From: Pelagomonas calceolata
Lineage: Eukaryota
DNA: 64,000 bases
NCBI GenBank assembly: GCA_918797485.1
Contig: CAKKNE010000003.1
Span: 1,488,001-1,552,000, forward strand
Direction: 5' to 3'
Shown piece after piece: positions 32,201 through 40,977 of the stretch. The notes beneath the pieces were generated by a model. That model was given only the letters and a program-made list of their open reading frames with translations. It did no database searches and had not been told where the DNA came from. The position numbers and the translations under genes are program-made. Within the stretch, counting starts at the first letter, position 1, and each line of letters begins with the position of its first letter.

Positions 32201-34172
32201 CCAGGACGATGCAAATGCGGAGAACTGGATGCAATTACCACCTTCAATGAAGCAGGCCCAGGCCTGGCACTGGCCCGCCGACGGAAGTTTAGTTGACAGA
32301 CGAAATGTTGTTGGAAGGGTCCAGTTCGGCGTCGGCGGCTTCTGGTCCGCGCCCGTGCCTCTGGATCGCGTTGCAGGACATGCTTTATTTGTAGAAAGAG
32401 CGGATGTTGTTATTAGAGTCGAAATTAGGGCCAATGATGACGTGTCAAAACCGCCCCACGAGGCCGTCACTGTAAGATGTGCTGTAGATAGAGTTGACAG
32501 GAGGCCCCTGTTCCTGGTGAGGAACCAGTCGTCGCAATACCTGCAGGTGAGGCACACGGACAAAAAGGTGGCTTCGCTAGAACCTTCCTCATGTAAAGTC
32601 GTGGGATTCGTGGACGTCGACGCTCCTCGTAGTTTAGAGGTCATCAGCCCCCAGTCGAAAGATTCTGTCGACGTCGGCTGCGTCTCGGGGCCGCTATCCT
32701 TGTCAGGATTGGACGCTCGCGTCGCGCTCGAGGACGGCGCGCGGGTCCTTGTGATAAATGACGGCGGCGAGGCCTTCGAGGAGAAGGATTTAAATGAAGA
32801 ATCTAGTGTACGACGCGCCTTGACGCTCAAGCTCAAAGAGGCGAGACTCCACGTCGTCGACGGTAGGGGCAAGAATCGGTCAGAAGTCCTCTCACTCATT
32901 GTGGGAGACATGCGCTACGCCCAGGCCACCGAAGGCTTAAATAGGGAGACGGAAGTGTCCATAAAGGCGCTGCAGGTCGACCAGTTCGCTCCGGAGACGC
33001 GGTGGCCCGTTTTATTACGAGGTAAGGACACACCGGTCTTCGAGGCGGCGTCGGCCTCGGAGGGCGCTACTCTCCGATACCTGGCGGCGAAGCTTTTACA
33101 GTTGGAGGTGGGCACGGATACCACCTCCTTACGAGCTTTGGGTAGAGTATGGACGACGTTGTCTGACGCGAGGACCGAAGCGCTGGATCGACGCGTTTCC
33201 ACCGATCCAGGCAGGTGGGCCGAGGCTCTACTCTTTTCCACCGATCCTCCAGAGTCGACCGAAGAAGCTAGAACGGCGACCTTCGAACCAAGAGGTGTAG
33301 TGGACGCGTTGGTCTTGCACCCCGTCCAACTTACGACCTCATTCTCTCCCGTATATAACGATGATGATGAAGGCGACGCGGCGGTCGAGCGCATGGGCTT
33401 CGGCGCGTTGGCGAACCTCGCGGAGATCGACCGAGCTGAGGTCCAGCTCAAGTCCTTCTGCGTCGAGAAGGCGGTGGAGGAGCCCGGGTTGCTCGCGAAG
33501 ACTATTAGAAGACACTACGTCCTCTCACTAGTACAGCAGCTCCATAAAGTGGTCGGTTCTCTGGCCTCGATCGGCCAGCCCCTGAATCTGGTATCGACCA
33601 TCGGCGGCGGCGTCAAGCAGTTCTTCTACGAGCCGTCGAAGGGTATTGTCGAAAGCCCGACAGCGTTTGCCAAGGGCGTGCATCGAGGGACATCAGCCTT
33701 AGCGTCTTCTGTCGTCGGTGGGTTTGCCACTTCGATCGGTGGTGTTGGGAATGTGCTCGCGAACAATGCCTCACTCTTGGCGGGCGACGCGTCGTACTCC
33801 CAACAGCGCGACGCGCGTCGACGCGCTTCCAAGGGCCAGAATATGGCCTCTTCCGCTGCTGGTGGTGCGGAGAGCGTCGTAAGGGGTGTAGGGGAAGGAG
33901 TGGCGGGCGTGTTCTTGCAGCCGGTGCGGGGTGCCCAAAAGGGCGGTGTCGGTGGGTTCTTCAAGGGCGTGGCGCGGGGCGTCGCCGGTGTGGTCGTGAA
34001 GCCCGTTGTTGGTGTGCTCGACGGCGCGACGCAGGTCGTCGAAGGGATCGGCACGGCGGCGGGCGGCGGCGCGGCGCCGCGCGCGTCGCATGTGACGGGG
34101 CCCCTGCGCTTCGTGCGGCTCCCCGACTCGGACGAGTGCGCGCTGCGCGGGACGGAGCCGCTCGGCGACTGA
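26247..34172 (+). CDS. VPS13: VPS13 family bridge-like lipid transfer protein, intronless, 2641 aa
   Basis: Chorein-N LGDYIEGL...LGLWSGKIELQNL...IPWSSLGSTPV, WWRYA, FEPLIEP, PVVVENRLP; C-terminal GVKQFFYEP...FAKGVHRG and PVRGAQKGGVGGFFKGVARGVAGVVVKPVVGVLD (ATG_C). Confidence 0.92.
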   Translation: MSVKKLLYGVLQDALGDYIEGLAPESLKLGLWSGKIELQNLRVNTKAVDELSLPVRIETGTVGKLSVAIPWSSLGSTPVRIAIENVDVTLASQTDPDPDTLQKVVEDALSAKLERADAACRRALEAKTETTETDPGYMRRLAAKVVDNLEISITNVRARITAADCACSLWCQSLSLQACDASWTPCFVDRGSTKELLRNAVSLQGFSVTFNNEDVLAPVSSTLKLTRNPGCIIGDTPQYDVELSLNDVRTSIESRALRGSTKLVDALTLAARRQKLLDQHPYYILGSRARPITSSNARCWWRYAARLACPALDAKKRASEALLGLARSANDRRTYLDALRNEDRATMRRIERKAPFEALRMWRRDDVVATLERERAEARKAETQQRSSWFSWRRSSKSEDAFEDDGSDEGDVTTDDIEALLERDDEGECATGGDFLRVRLSTSLTCTVSHDKNDLASLSMSGSINAKATAGFASVDATADLTQFVLGDTTGMLLKSGVASGACITRRGAAPLRVVFAKVEDRTSISVTGDSYDVAYHKPWLSRVVEALTSDATAKAARAAAEQARRYRSIVAKAAEGVLQRQGEASSFAWDPSKRTLIITVDVGAPTILVPMQWDRDAGLLVIDTGSVNVDGGAAANGQRWDVALMGATARVGDRDIVLSPLRLDIRVDLANDAPLDASITLSKCSLGMAPDDIRDVLGVVASLGKADAVAVASDDATTVPQQPQGVVGLRLHVRAPLVELAILEPDRSRCMVLAITELKASLVSGGSGLTINALLGGIKLARSNVALIETRGDARAADAMQLARTAFDALPAPPSDKVDRTDSVLAVRFRSVPTPSDDAFHSDIDVEFATLRLAVGAIDLKPLEPFMTAVRGGLAGFSAPATTVQQQQVVEVSTKRLRVSLRLGELACTLRNDQGDVATAAIVGLGACYTKNGDAQATYVRLAKVDVADTRDATSTNHFRSMVVPWISSDDARGAALDRLLQGSAELQLPPSDLMLAVDYGDVSGRKTVSLTAKPITVQLLLEPIGAAIDAALSTIKQIVVLAVATPSVDDETPVHVQEGSMSVRVEVRACEVLLVEDASSQTSRMLSLRTGVLCSLDGKDDQSFSEQLLKVSVRDVEAALIDGVEKSILKPTSLQLNLEKRFASSELYDWRLTGDVSPLNLRLSYRDVLSVASIAKKAPSAGSTAVETEAKPQPKSNRVVTASLKFDVSSISVALVDDAKGPAAPLVDLSLTDLSTNINGPSTELEGHVTTTLKARAFDLRSLRFEPLIEPYSMTCHVKANATDKSWDVTTSSEDVLDAVLSTAFAARLIRLQGSLQKDLSMSRTIRQREAFSLRNETGLVLDVRAGTREWTRVDAGASLDLRSPTQIECRLPGGRILPALPCKRPAAMHLAHGLRWSCGFDEDQGLIVGTLSRRAAVTNKTLETFDVASSVEGYGDFEVVSVKPASPTQAGRGEGHATPLPPSLSGGALRLRHGDKWGRPHVSGDGKVAVNFDNACVVAHSKQDGGEPSIVLHAPVVVENRLPCGVLVRIQAKAREGRCRVEPGRRSSCCAIDVQEGCWLALRVGNLRGRLRKRLVPQDLPNHARMTATEAKGLYEVALSENSEDVLAVAIRAERRHRGLGLFVVIEAPLWVVDRTGLHLDLAAAPGGSLLPPGLARKASEVRRALLSSSSSKQSSIGDGERIVETASSNLVKIVTVASARRHYLANPAKRGDRLYADADAYVFVALPPPLTTCQRLITHDAHKAIGSQASQLFGHAARSVGENTASFLLGDEDKQRFLHLEAGSQGLDLYVATDSRINRPPSWVVDHFERCPEPIVAEKRRGALDFGGIDQRKYDVWVRRLVKDETIDLGPNEQKTHYLVFLGEGTASSSSTPDTVILGDWVMNWPGYAWADPLITGRRLLAARDNSLAVGCRGAWSSRYSVGASEFPILLDCRDGRRLDLEVRSHALGGAFGRGGGRSVEVAPRLALRNVDDKVQILVRRQDDANAENWMQLPPSMKQAQAWHWPADGSLVDRRNVVGRVQFGVGGFWSAPVPLDRVAGHALFVERADVVIRVEIRANDDVSKPPHEAVTVRCAVDRVDRRPLFLVRNQSSQYLQVRHTDKKVASLEPSSCKVVGFVDVDAPRSLEVISPQSKDSVDVGCVSGPLSLSGLDARVALEDGARVLVINDGGEAFEEKDLNEESSVRRALTLKLKEARLHVVDGRGKNRSEVLSLIVGDMRYAQATEGLNRETEVSIKALQVDQFAPETRWPVLLRGKDTPVFEAASASEGATLRYLAAKLLQLEVGTDTTSLRALGRVWTTLSDARTEALDRRVSTDPGRWAEALLFSTDPPESTEEARTATFEPRGVVDALVLHPVQLTTSFSPVYNDDDEGDAAVERMGFGALANLAEIDRAEVQLKSFCVEKAVEEPGLLAKTIRRHYVLSLVQQLHKVVGSLASIGQPLNLVSTIGGGVKQFFYEPSKGIVESPTAFAKGVHRGTSALASSVVGGFATSIGGVGNVLANNASLLAGDASYSQQRDARRRASKGQNMASSAAGGAESVVRGVGEGVAGVFLQPVRGAQKGGVGGFFKGVARGVAGVVVKPVVGVLDGATQVVEGIGTAAGGGAAPRASHVTGPLRFVRLPDSDECALRGTEPLGD

Positions 34173-34288
34173 CGTGTGATTTTGCTTTCGTAATCTTGTG
34201 TGACTTTTATTGCTGCTATGTACACTTAACACTGCTCCGCGGGAACCCAGAATGCGCGCAGTCCTCTTTTCGCGAGAGGCTTGCGTCG

Positions 34289-35003
34289 TCAGAGCTCGGC
34301 CTTGCCCCCCATGTCCTCCCAGATGTCGTCGCGGAAGCCGAGGTAGTAGATCAGAATGCCGAGGATCGGAATGATCGCGAGGAGAGAAGGCGTGCTGAAC
34401 GCGGGCTCGGGGTCGGCCTCGGCGCTCAGGACCTCGACGTCGAAGAGTAACCACGAATCCGGCGGGATCGCGCCGCCCGCGCCGCGCTCGCCGTAGCCGT
34501 GCTCCGGCGCGATCAGGATGCGAGCACGCCTGTGTGGCCATCAACCCAGTGAGTTAGGTTATGGAGGTAGTAGGGCGCCCGAAATTTGATTCCCACACAG
34601 GCGTGCGCTCGCCGACCTTCATCGCGGCCACGGCGGCGTCCCAGCCCCCGATCACCTGGCGGTGGCCGACGACGAAGCTGAACGGCTGGCGGCCGCGCGA
34701 CGAGTCGAAGGGTCGCGCGCTCGTCGCCTGCTTTATTAAGGCATCATTGATCAGCGGCGCGGCGCTGTCCGCCGGCACCGGCGCGAGCCAACCGGTGTAA
34801 TGGACCTTGGCGCGCAGGTCCGGCGTCACGAGCGGCGTGATCTCCCTTACCAAACTGATCGTCTGCTTGGCGATGCGGAAGGAGCCGTCGCCGACGCAGT
34901 CGAGGGCTTTGTCGGCGTCGCGCGTCTGCAGCGCTTCGACGCGCGCCTCGTGGCGCTCGCGGCTCTGGGCGACGCGCATTGCGGCGAATTCATGGCTGCT
35001 CAT
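34289..35003 (-). CDS. FKBP-type peptidyl-prolyl isomerase with C-terminal TM; exons 35003-34609 and 34529-34289, ~211 aa
   Basis: KVHYTGWL, FDSSRGRQPFSFVVG..QVIGGWDAAVAAMKVGE|RARILIAPEHGYGERGAGGAIPPDSWLLFDVEVL; hydrophobic tail LLAIIPILGILIYYLG. Confidence 0.9.
34530..34600. mobile_element. Short divergent introner (71 bp); minus-strand intron 34530-34608 (GC-AG)
   Basis: Ends CTGTGTGGCCATCAA / TTGATTCCCACACAG resemble the family TIR; interior differs; TSD 5/8 identical (GCGCACGC vs GCGTGCTC on minus). Confidence 0.8.
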
Positions 35004-35205
35004 GGTGTCTTGCCTGCGTGTGGCGTTGCGGCGCTCTGCAGTGCAACAATTGCAGCAGTGCTGTATTTTACCACTGTAGTATCAGCTGTCTGAACGCAGT
35101 GCACCGCAGTAGCTGCTATTGTGAATCGTCGATATGCACTGCTGGTGGATAAAATCGGGTACGTAGGCCGTCGCGCGAGGCAAGTGCACGCCGCCGCACA
35201 GATTA

Positions 35206-35227
35206 GCTAGCGGCCTAAGACACTAGC
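35206..35227. promoter_or_regulatory. CTAG-bounded motif copy, reverse orientation (revcomp GCTAGTGTCTTAGGCCGCTAGC)
   Basis: ~200 bp upstream of the FKBP ATG. Confidence 0.55.
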
Positions 35228-35266
35228 AACCGATATACGCCATCGACGCGACAGGATTCATTCAGA

Positions 35267-37824
35267 TCAGAACTTATAAATCACAGAGGGGATCTCGGGC
35301 GACGTGGAGCCCGTCCGCTCGTCCTTGGTCTCCTCCGAGGAGACGGAACCGATGCCGGACAGCCGCTGCTCGTGGATGTAGTCCAGGAACTCGTTGTAGT
35401 CGACGCGCCCGCCGACGCCGGCGTGGGCCAGCGCCGCGTCGACTTCCGCGGTAGAACCGTACCGCTTCGCGTCGCGACCCATCGTGGCGACGACAGCTTC
35501 CCGCGTGATGTACCCCAATCCTTCGGAGTCGATGGCCTCGAAGGCCACGTGGAGCATCTTGTCATCTAATTCTACTCTTCGTACCAATGCGGCGGCGACG
35601 AACTCGTGAAAAGATAATGTCTGAGTGGCATCCACATCCGCGGCTGCGAATAATGCTTCCAGTTCCCTCTCGTCCACCTTCGCGTCGCCTAAGAATGAAC
35701 GCAGTTCCGCCAAGGATAGGACGCCATCTCCATCGAGGTCTGCCTTGGTGAAATCTTGTCGTAATTGTACTAACCTAGCTGGAGCTAAGTGAGCCGCCGC
35801 GACCTCGACGACCAACTTGGAGAAGGCGTTCAAGGCCGCGAAGGACCGCAAAGCATCTAAGAGCGGCGGCTCCTCTTCTTGGTCGGGAAGGATACCCTCC
35901 ACCAATCCAGAAACGGATCTCACGAGCGTCGCATAGAGCGAGAAGAAGGGGTGTTCTAGAGCTTGGTCCGCCGTGAGTCGTAGCTCCACATCTCTTTGTA
36001 ACAACCCTCTTACGAGTGATAGACCCTCGGACGACGTCGACCGGAACAATTCCGGAGGGAACTTGACCTCGGTACTTCGGACCCTGCGTGGGATGACTCT
36101 GAGACTCGCCGTCGGCGGTGTCGCGGGCGCGACCGAGACTCTCGCGCGGCCGCGTCGACGGCGTCTGGCGACACCTCCACGCCATCGACGCGTCATCGCC
36201 GCGAAGTAAACCTCGACATAACCACAAGGCATACATACCTCTTGAGGATCTCTTTATCAGAGCGGCCCCAGAAGGGCGGCGTCCCCGAGAAGAGCATGTA
36301 GGCGATGACGCCCAGCGACCATAGATCACATCTACGATCGTAGATGCCCTCGAGCACCTCAGGCGCGCAATAGTATGCTGAGCCTACCCTTTCATCAAAG
36401 TTGGTCTTGCTTCTCGTCTTGCTGAGATCGGGTCGTAGCGGACCGAACACTCTCGCGAGGCCAAAGTCCACCAATCTGAGAGTGGCGGTGTCGGGATCTG
36501 GCGAATCAAACAGCCAATTTTCCAATTTGAGATCTCTGTGGCAGACGCCGCAGGAGTGCATGTAGCGGACGACGCCGAGCATCTGCCTCAGGAGCTCCGC
36601 GGATCGCGATTCCGTGAAGGGCGGCCTTACACCCGGTCTTGCTCTCTTGTCGACTGCTTTGAAGAGCTCGCCTCCACTGCAGAGATCTGTTACTAGTAGA
36701 CAAGTTCTCCCTGTATCAGAGTAGAAGACCTCTCGTAATCGCACAATGTGGGGATGATCTAGAGCTTTGAGCGCGGCGATTTCTTCATGTAACCGCGCGA
36801 GGCCTTTGGCCGACAATCTTTTCAAGTCTAGTCGTTTACAGGCGAAGGCCTCCTGGTCCGCTCTACGGGTACATCCTAACACGACCCCATAACCGCCCCG
36901 TCCCAGGATTTCTCCGGTTAATGAATAGGCAGCGTCGAACGTGCGAGGATCTTCTGGCGAGTGCTCTAGCACGCAGTTCTCTAGTAGGTGCGACAATCTA
37001 CGAGCCCGCCAGCGCGCGTACCTCCTAGAAGCCTCGAGAGCGGGCGCGAGAGGTTTGCCGCCTAGTAACCGCACAATCTCCAGATGCAGAGCAGCTCTCT
37101 GGAATTGCCTCGCGGCGGCTCCTCGATCCCTGCGAGAAGCGGCCTCCTCGGCCGCCGCCAACAGCTCCGTGGCCGTGTTTTCTAGCAATTGGCGCGCCCC
37201 TGGCGTCAGTGACGCCTCGGCGGCGAGCTTACAATGCTCCGCGCCTCGCGCGAGGAAGTGGCCGTCCAGCTGCAACGTCTCTTCCGACCCCATCCGCTGG
37301 GGCTCGTGCTTGTTCGTTATCGGTGAGGCGCTATCAATGGACGAGCTCTCGGACTCCCGCCCATACCCGAGGCAGTCCAACCCGCCGCAGAACTCCGAGA
37401 AGTCCCAGAAGGCCCCGCAGCCGCGCACCGGCCGGTCGTCGGCCTCGTCCATGTCCACGGTGGGAGTATCTACGACTCCCGCATACGACGCGGCCTCGTC
37501 GCACTCGCGGATCGCTTGTCTTAGTTCTTCCGCGAAGCGTAGTAATCGGATGGAGTCTTTTGCACTGGCGCCCCCGCCGGTCCGCATGGCCGCCTCGCAC
37601 TCCTGGAGGGCGCACCGCAGGGCGCAGCCGGCGATCGTATGGCGCTGGCCGACGGGGCCCTCCTCGTTGTGGACCAATTCGGCGGCTCTTTTGACGTACG
37701 TCTCGGCGTTCGGCGTGAGGGTGGCGCTGCCCGTGGATTCTCTTAATATTCGCAACCGTTCTTGTAACGGCGATTCCGACGGCGGCGCCGGCGGCGGGCG
37801 GTCGGTCATCGCTACGTCCGGCAT
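35267..37824 (-). CDS. Calcium-dependent protein kinase with N-terminal Vta1-like MIT region; exons 37824-36239 and 36083-35267, ~800 aa
   Basis: LGRGGYGVV, HRDLKLENWLF, LVDFG, VGSAYYCAPE; EF-hands DLDGDGVLSLAE, DVDATQTLSFHE, DSEGLGYITRE; GT-AG intron 36084-36238 joins the frames. Confidence 0.88.
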
Positions 37825-38252
37825 GGTTTCTGCCCTTTTCCTAGGATTAACGCGGCGGCGGTCGGCGCGGTGCGGCCGCAAAGGTCGCGGTTACGGGCTG
37901 CGGTGTACTTCTTTTGCTTTCCGCTGGCTGCGCCACGGGTCGCGAGAGTCCTCGCGTCGCCGCGGCGCGTAGCCCCCGCAGAGCTGGTCTAGGTCGGGAT
38001 TGGATTTGAGCGCTCGCTCGTCTCCCGAGTTGACCCCTTCTGGCTCGACAGCGGATATTATTATACACCAAGTCGCCCGCAGCGCTACAAGCCCATCAAA
38101 CTCGTGGCAGCGGGCGAATAGGTGAATCCTGCTGGCAGCCAAGGACTTGGCCAATCGGTTGTGGGGCCCCAGGGCCCAACAGAATCGTGGCTAAGAGTCC
38201 TGCTCGGCCCGGGTCGGACGCCTGGCGACCCATTCGGCAGCTTTGCTCCCCG

Positions 38253-38278
38253 GCTAGTGTGTCTTACACCACGCTAGC
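38253..38278. promoter_or_regulatory. CTAG-bounded motif copy (GCTAGTGTGTCTTACACCACGCTAGC)
   Basis: Divergent spacer between CDPK and LysM genes. Confidence 0.5.
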
Positions 38279-38468
38279 TCCTACCCCAAGCGCTAGACGC
38301 GCAAAACGCAGCAAACGAGGGAGCCGAGTAACTCATCAGCAATCCCAGGCACCGATTTTGTGGCGTCCACGAAGAGAGCGCGAAAACCGGCATCCAGACG
38401 GCACTTTTGGGAGACCACCTCCAGTCTGCTGGACTCTTACACGACTCTACACGACATTACAATACACC

Positions 38469-39209
38469 ATGTCAGGCTACATCGGCGTAGGCAGCCTTAG
38501 CTCACCGCCACCGAGACAAGGAGACCCGAGGAACCAGCACCTCGTGTCTGGCGACGAGATCATGCGCCGAGCGCGCAGCTCGCTCCCGAACCCGCCTGCT
38601 GGCCAGCAGTGGATCCGCGTAAACAACGACTGGCAGCTCGTCAGCACGCCGGACGATGCCGACGCGCCGGCGCCGGCGCCAGAGCCCAGCGCGCCCCGCG
38701 AGCACGTCGTCTTGCCGAGCGACACGCTGCAGGGCCTCTGCCTCCGCTACAAAACAACAGCGCGCAAGCTCAAGCAGGCGAACCCGTCGCTGGACCTGGG
38801 CAACTCGTCGCTCCGCGGCGTCGCCGTGCTGCGCATTCCGGGCTCGGGGCCCGCGCAGCCGGTGACCGAGGAGGTGCAGATGGCGAGTCTGCGCGCCGCC
38901 GTGCCGTCGCTGTCGGCGGCCGAGGCGCGGTTCTACCTGTCGGTGGAGGCGACCGTCGAGGGAGCCGTCGCGAGAGCCCGCGCGGACGCCGCCTGGGAAC
39001 GCGGCCGAGGCGACTGGGCGACCGCCCCCCAGCCGGATCGCGGCGTCGAGGCAGCCGTCGCGAGCGCCGAGGCGTTCATCCGCCAGGCGCAACAGCCGGC
39101 CGTCGCCGTGCCGGTCGCCGACGCCGTCGTCGTCGAGGCCGTGCCCGTGGCGTCCCACGAGCCGGCCCGGTCGAACATATCTAGACAAAGGGACGTGTCG
39201 CTGTTGTAA
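38469..39209 (+). CDS. LysM-domain protein
   Basis: EHVVLPSDTLQGLCLRYKTTARKLKQAN...VLRIP. Confidence 0.85.
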   Translation: MSGYIGVGSLSSPPPRQGDPRNQHLVSGDEIMRRARSSLPNPPAGQQWIRVNNDWQLVSTPDDADAPAPAPEPSAPREHVVLPSDTLQGLCLRYKTTARKLKQANPSLDLGNSSLRGVAVLRIPGSGPAQPVTEEVQMASLRAAVPSLSAAEARFYLSVEATVEGAVARARADAAWERGRGDWATAPQPDRGVEAAVASAEAFIRQAQQPAVAVPVADAVVVEAVPVASHEPARSNISRQRDVSLL

Positions 39210-39366
39210 GTCGGCCGGCCCGCGGCCGGCGCACCCCAAACCCCTACCGTTTGAAGCCCTGTTTTGCGTGAATTTTAGTCACTACCCTAAGTATGTTCGT
39301 AGCAAGTTTCGACGTTACCACTTTCCCCCCGTGCTGCTGTAGCCTAGTAATGCTTCTTGTATAAAC

Positions 39367-40506
39367 TTAAAACACGCGGATGTCCCGCTTTGGTCGAGCC
39401 GGCGCCGGTGGCTCCGTCATAAAAGTTCGAGAAACCTCCTCCAACTCCCGTTTTTCGGCCTCCGCCATCTCCTCGCGCAGCTTCTGCCGCCGCCACCGGT
39501 CCGTCGAACACGTGTCGTCGTCGAGGCGCTTGAGCTCCCCCGTCTTCTTCATCGTCGCGTACAGTAGATCGAGGTCGTCGGGGAATCGAATATTAGTAGG
39601 CATGAAGCAGGGCGAGATGCGCTTGAAATCGCTATTCAACGACGTGTAGGGCCGCATCGACGGTTCGGGGGCTCTCCCACAGCGCCCGGGCGCGTTCCTC
39701 CAGCCCTTCAACTTTAAAGTGGTCGGCCAGTAGTCGTACATGCCTCGCGTGCTTGTCGACGCAAGCGACGACGTCGGTCGTTGAGACGGTGTCCGCTTCG
39801 ACAGTCGGGATCTTGCCCGCCCACGAGGCCCTCCATCAGGAGGGGTTTTGGGCCGGCCCGCCTGCAAGGTCGCCCTACCCGTCAGGCGCGCAAACTCGGC
39901 ACTCTCCACGCTATGCTGCTGGTCCACAAATCTGGGCACCTCGGACGCGAAAACGCTATGCGACTGCAATCCCCCGTACTCCTCGTCTATGCTTTTGCCG
40001 AGCCGCTTTTCCCTCTTCACCTGCTCGCGCCGCCTCTCCATGGCTTCATCCGTATACTCGAACCCCGGCTCTTCGTAGATGTGTTGGTCCGGCTTATACA
40101 GGCACATCTTGTCACTGACGAGCATCGGCCACGGTGCTTCCAGCAGATCACCCCTCTGGGACGCTCGGAAGGGCGCCTCACTACATAACGACGCGTCGTG
40201 GCCTCTACTCTTAAATTCGGCCTCCAAGACGTCTAGACCGGGGTAGTCCGCGTTATGTACTTTATGGGAGCGCCACCGCTTCACCGAATCCGCGAAGGGC
40301 GCGTTCATGTTGCTCTCGGCTAGTTCTTTGGGGTTGAGGAAGCTCCTATGGTCGCGGCCGTCGTAGTTCGACAGCTGCTGGAGGCCGTCGGACTCGAGGT
40401 CTCTCAATGCTGTGGTCAATGGAGGCCCCCACTTGAATGGGGGCCTCACTTGCGTCATGGTCATGAGGATGGGCTCGCCCCTCGCTCTACGACCTTCGCC
40501 GCCCAT
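39367..40506 (-). CDS. Hypothetical protein (start uncertain)
   Basis: Long ORF with normal amino-acid composition from MGGEGRR; no family recognised. Confidence 0.55.
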   Translation of the reverse strand: MGGEGRRARGEPILMTMTQVRPPFKWGPPLTTALRDLESDGLQQLSNYDGRDHRSFLNPKELAESNMNAPFADSVKRWRSHKVHNADYPGLDVLEAEFKSRGHDASLCSEAPFRASQRGDLLEAPWPMLVSDKMCLYKPDQHIYEEPGFEYTDEAMERRREQVKREKRLGKSIDEEYGGLQSHSVFASEVPRFVDQQHSVESAEFARLTGRATLQAGRPKTPPDGGPRGRARSRLSKRTPSQRPTSSLASTSTRGMYDYWPTTLKLKGWRNAPGRCGRAPEPSMRPYTSLNSDFKRISPCFMPTNIRFPDDLDLLYATMKKTGELKRLDDDTCSTDRWRRQKLREEMAEAEKRELEEVSRTFMTEPPAPARPKRDIRVF

Positions 40507-40977
40507 GGTAGTTGTTTGCTTGTCGCGGCGACGGCGTGCAGGTGAGCCCGAGTTGGGGAGGTGGAGAGGCTTGCTCCTATCTCTGGGCAGCGGGCAGCCG
40601 GCGCTGTGGTCCTGCGACGAGGCCGCTCTGCGCGCGACTCTCCGCAACAGCAATGCCACCGCGCGCCGCGCGAGAGGCCTATGCGATGCTGGCCTGAGAG
40701 CGCTGTTTTGTGCGGGGTCTCCGATCGACAGGCGAACGTGGCTCATTGTCTGGGGGGATCTGCCGAGGCGTGTCTGCTTCGACGGAAGTATGCCGTTACG
40801 AAGACGCGGCCCGCGACGAAGCGGATCTACGAAGCGGCGACGCGCGGTGGCAGATGCGTTGGCTCCCTCGACTTCTACGCCGCTGCACGCCATCGACGCG
40901 ACATCCTCCGCGGCGATGGCGTCTACGCCAGCTGCCATCGACGAATCGGCGACGAGTCCCAGCTGAGCAACAGACTC

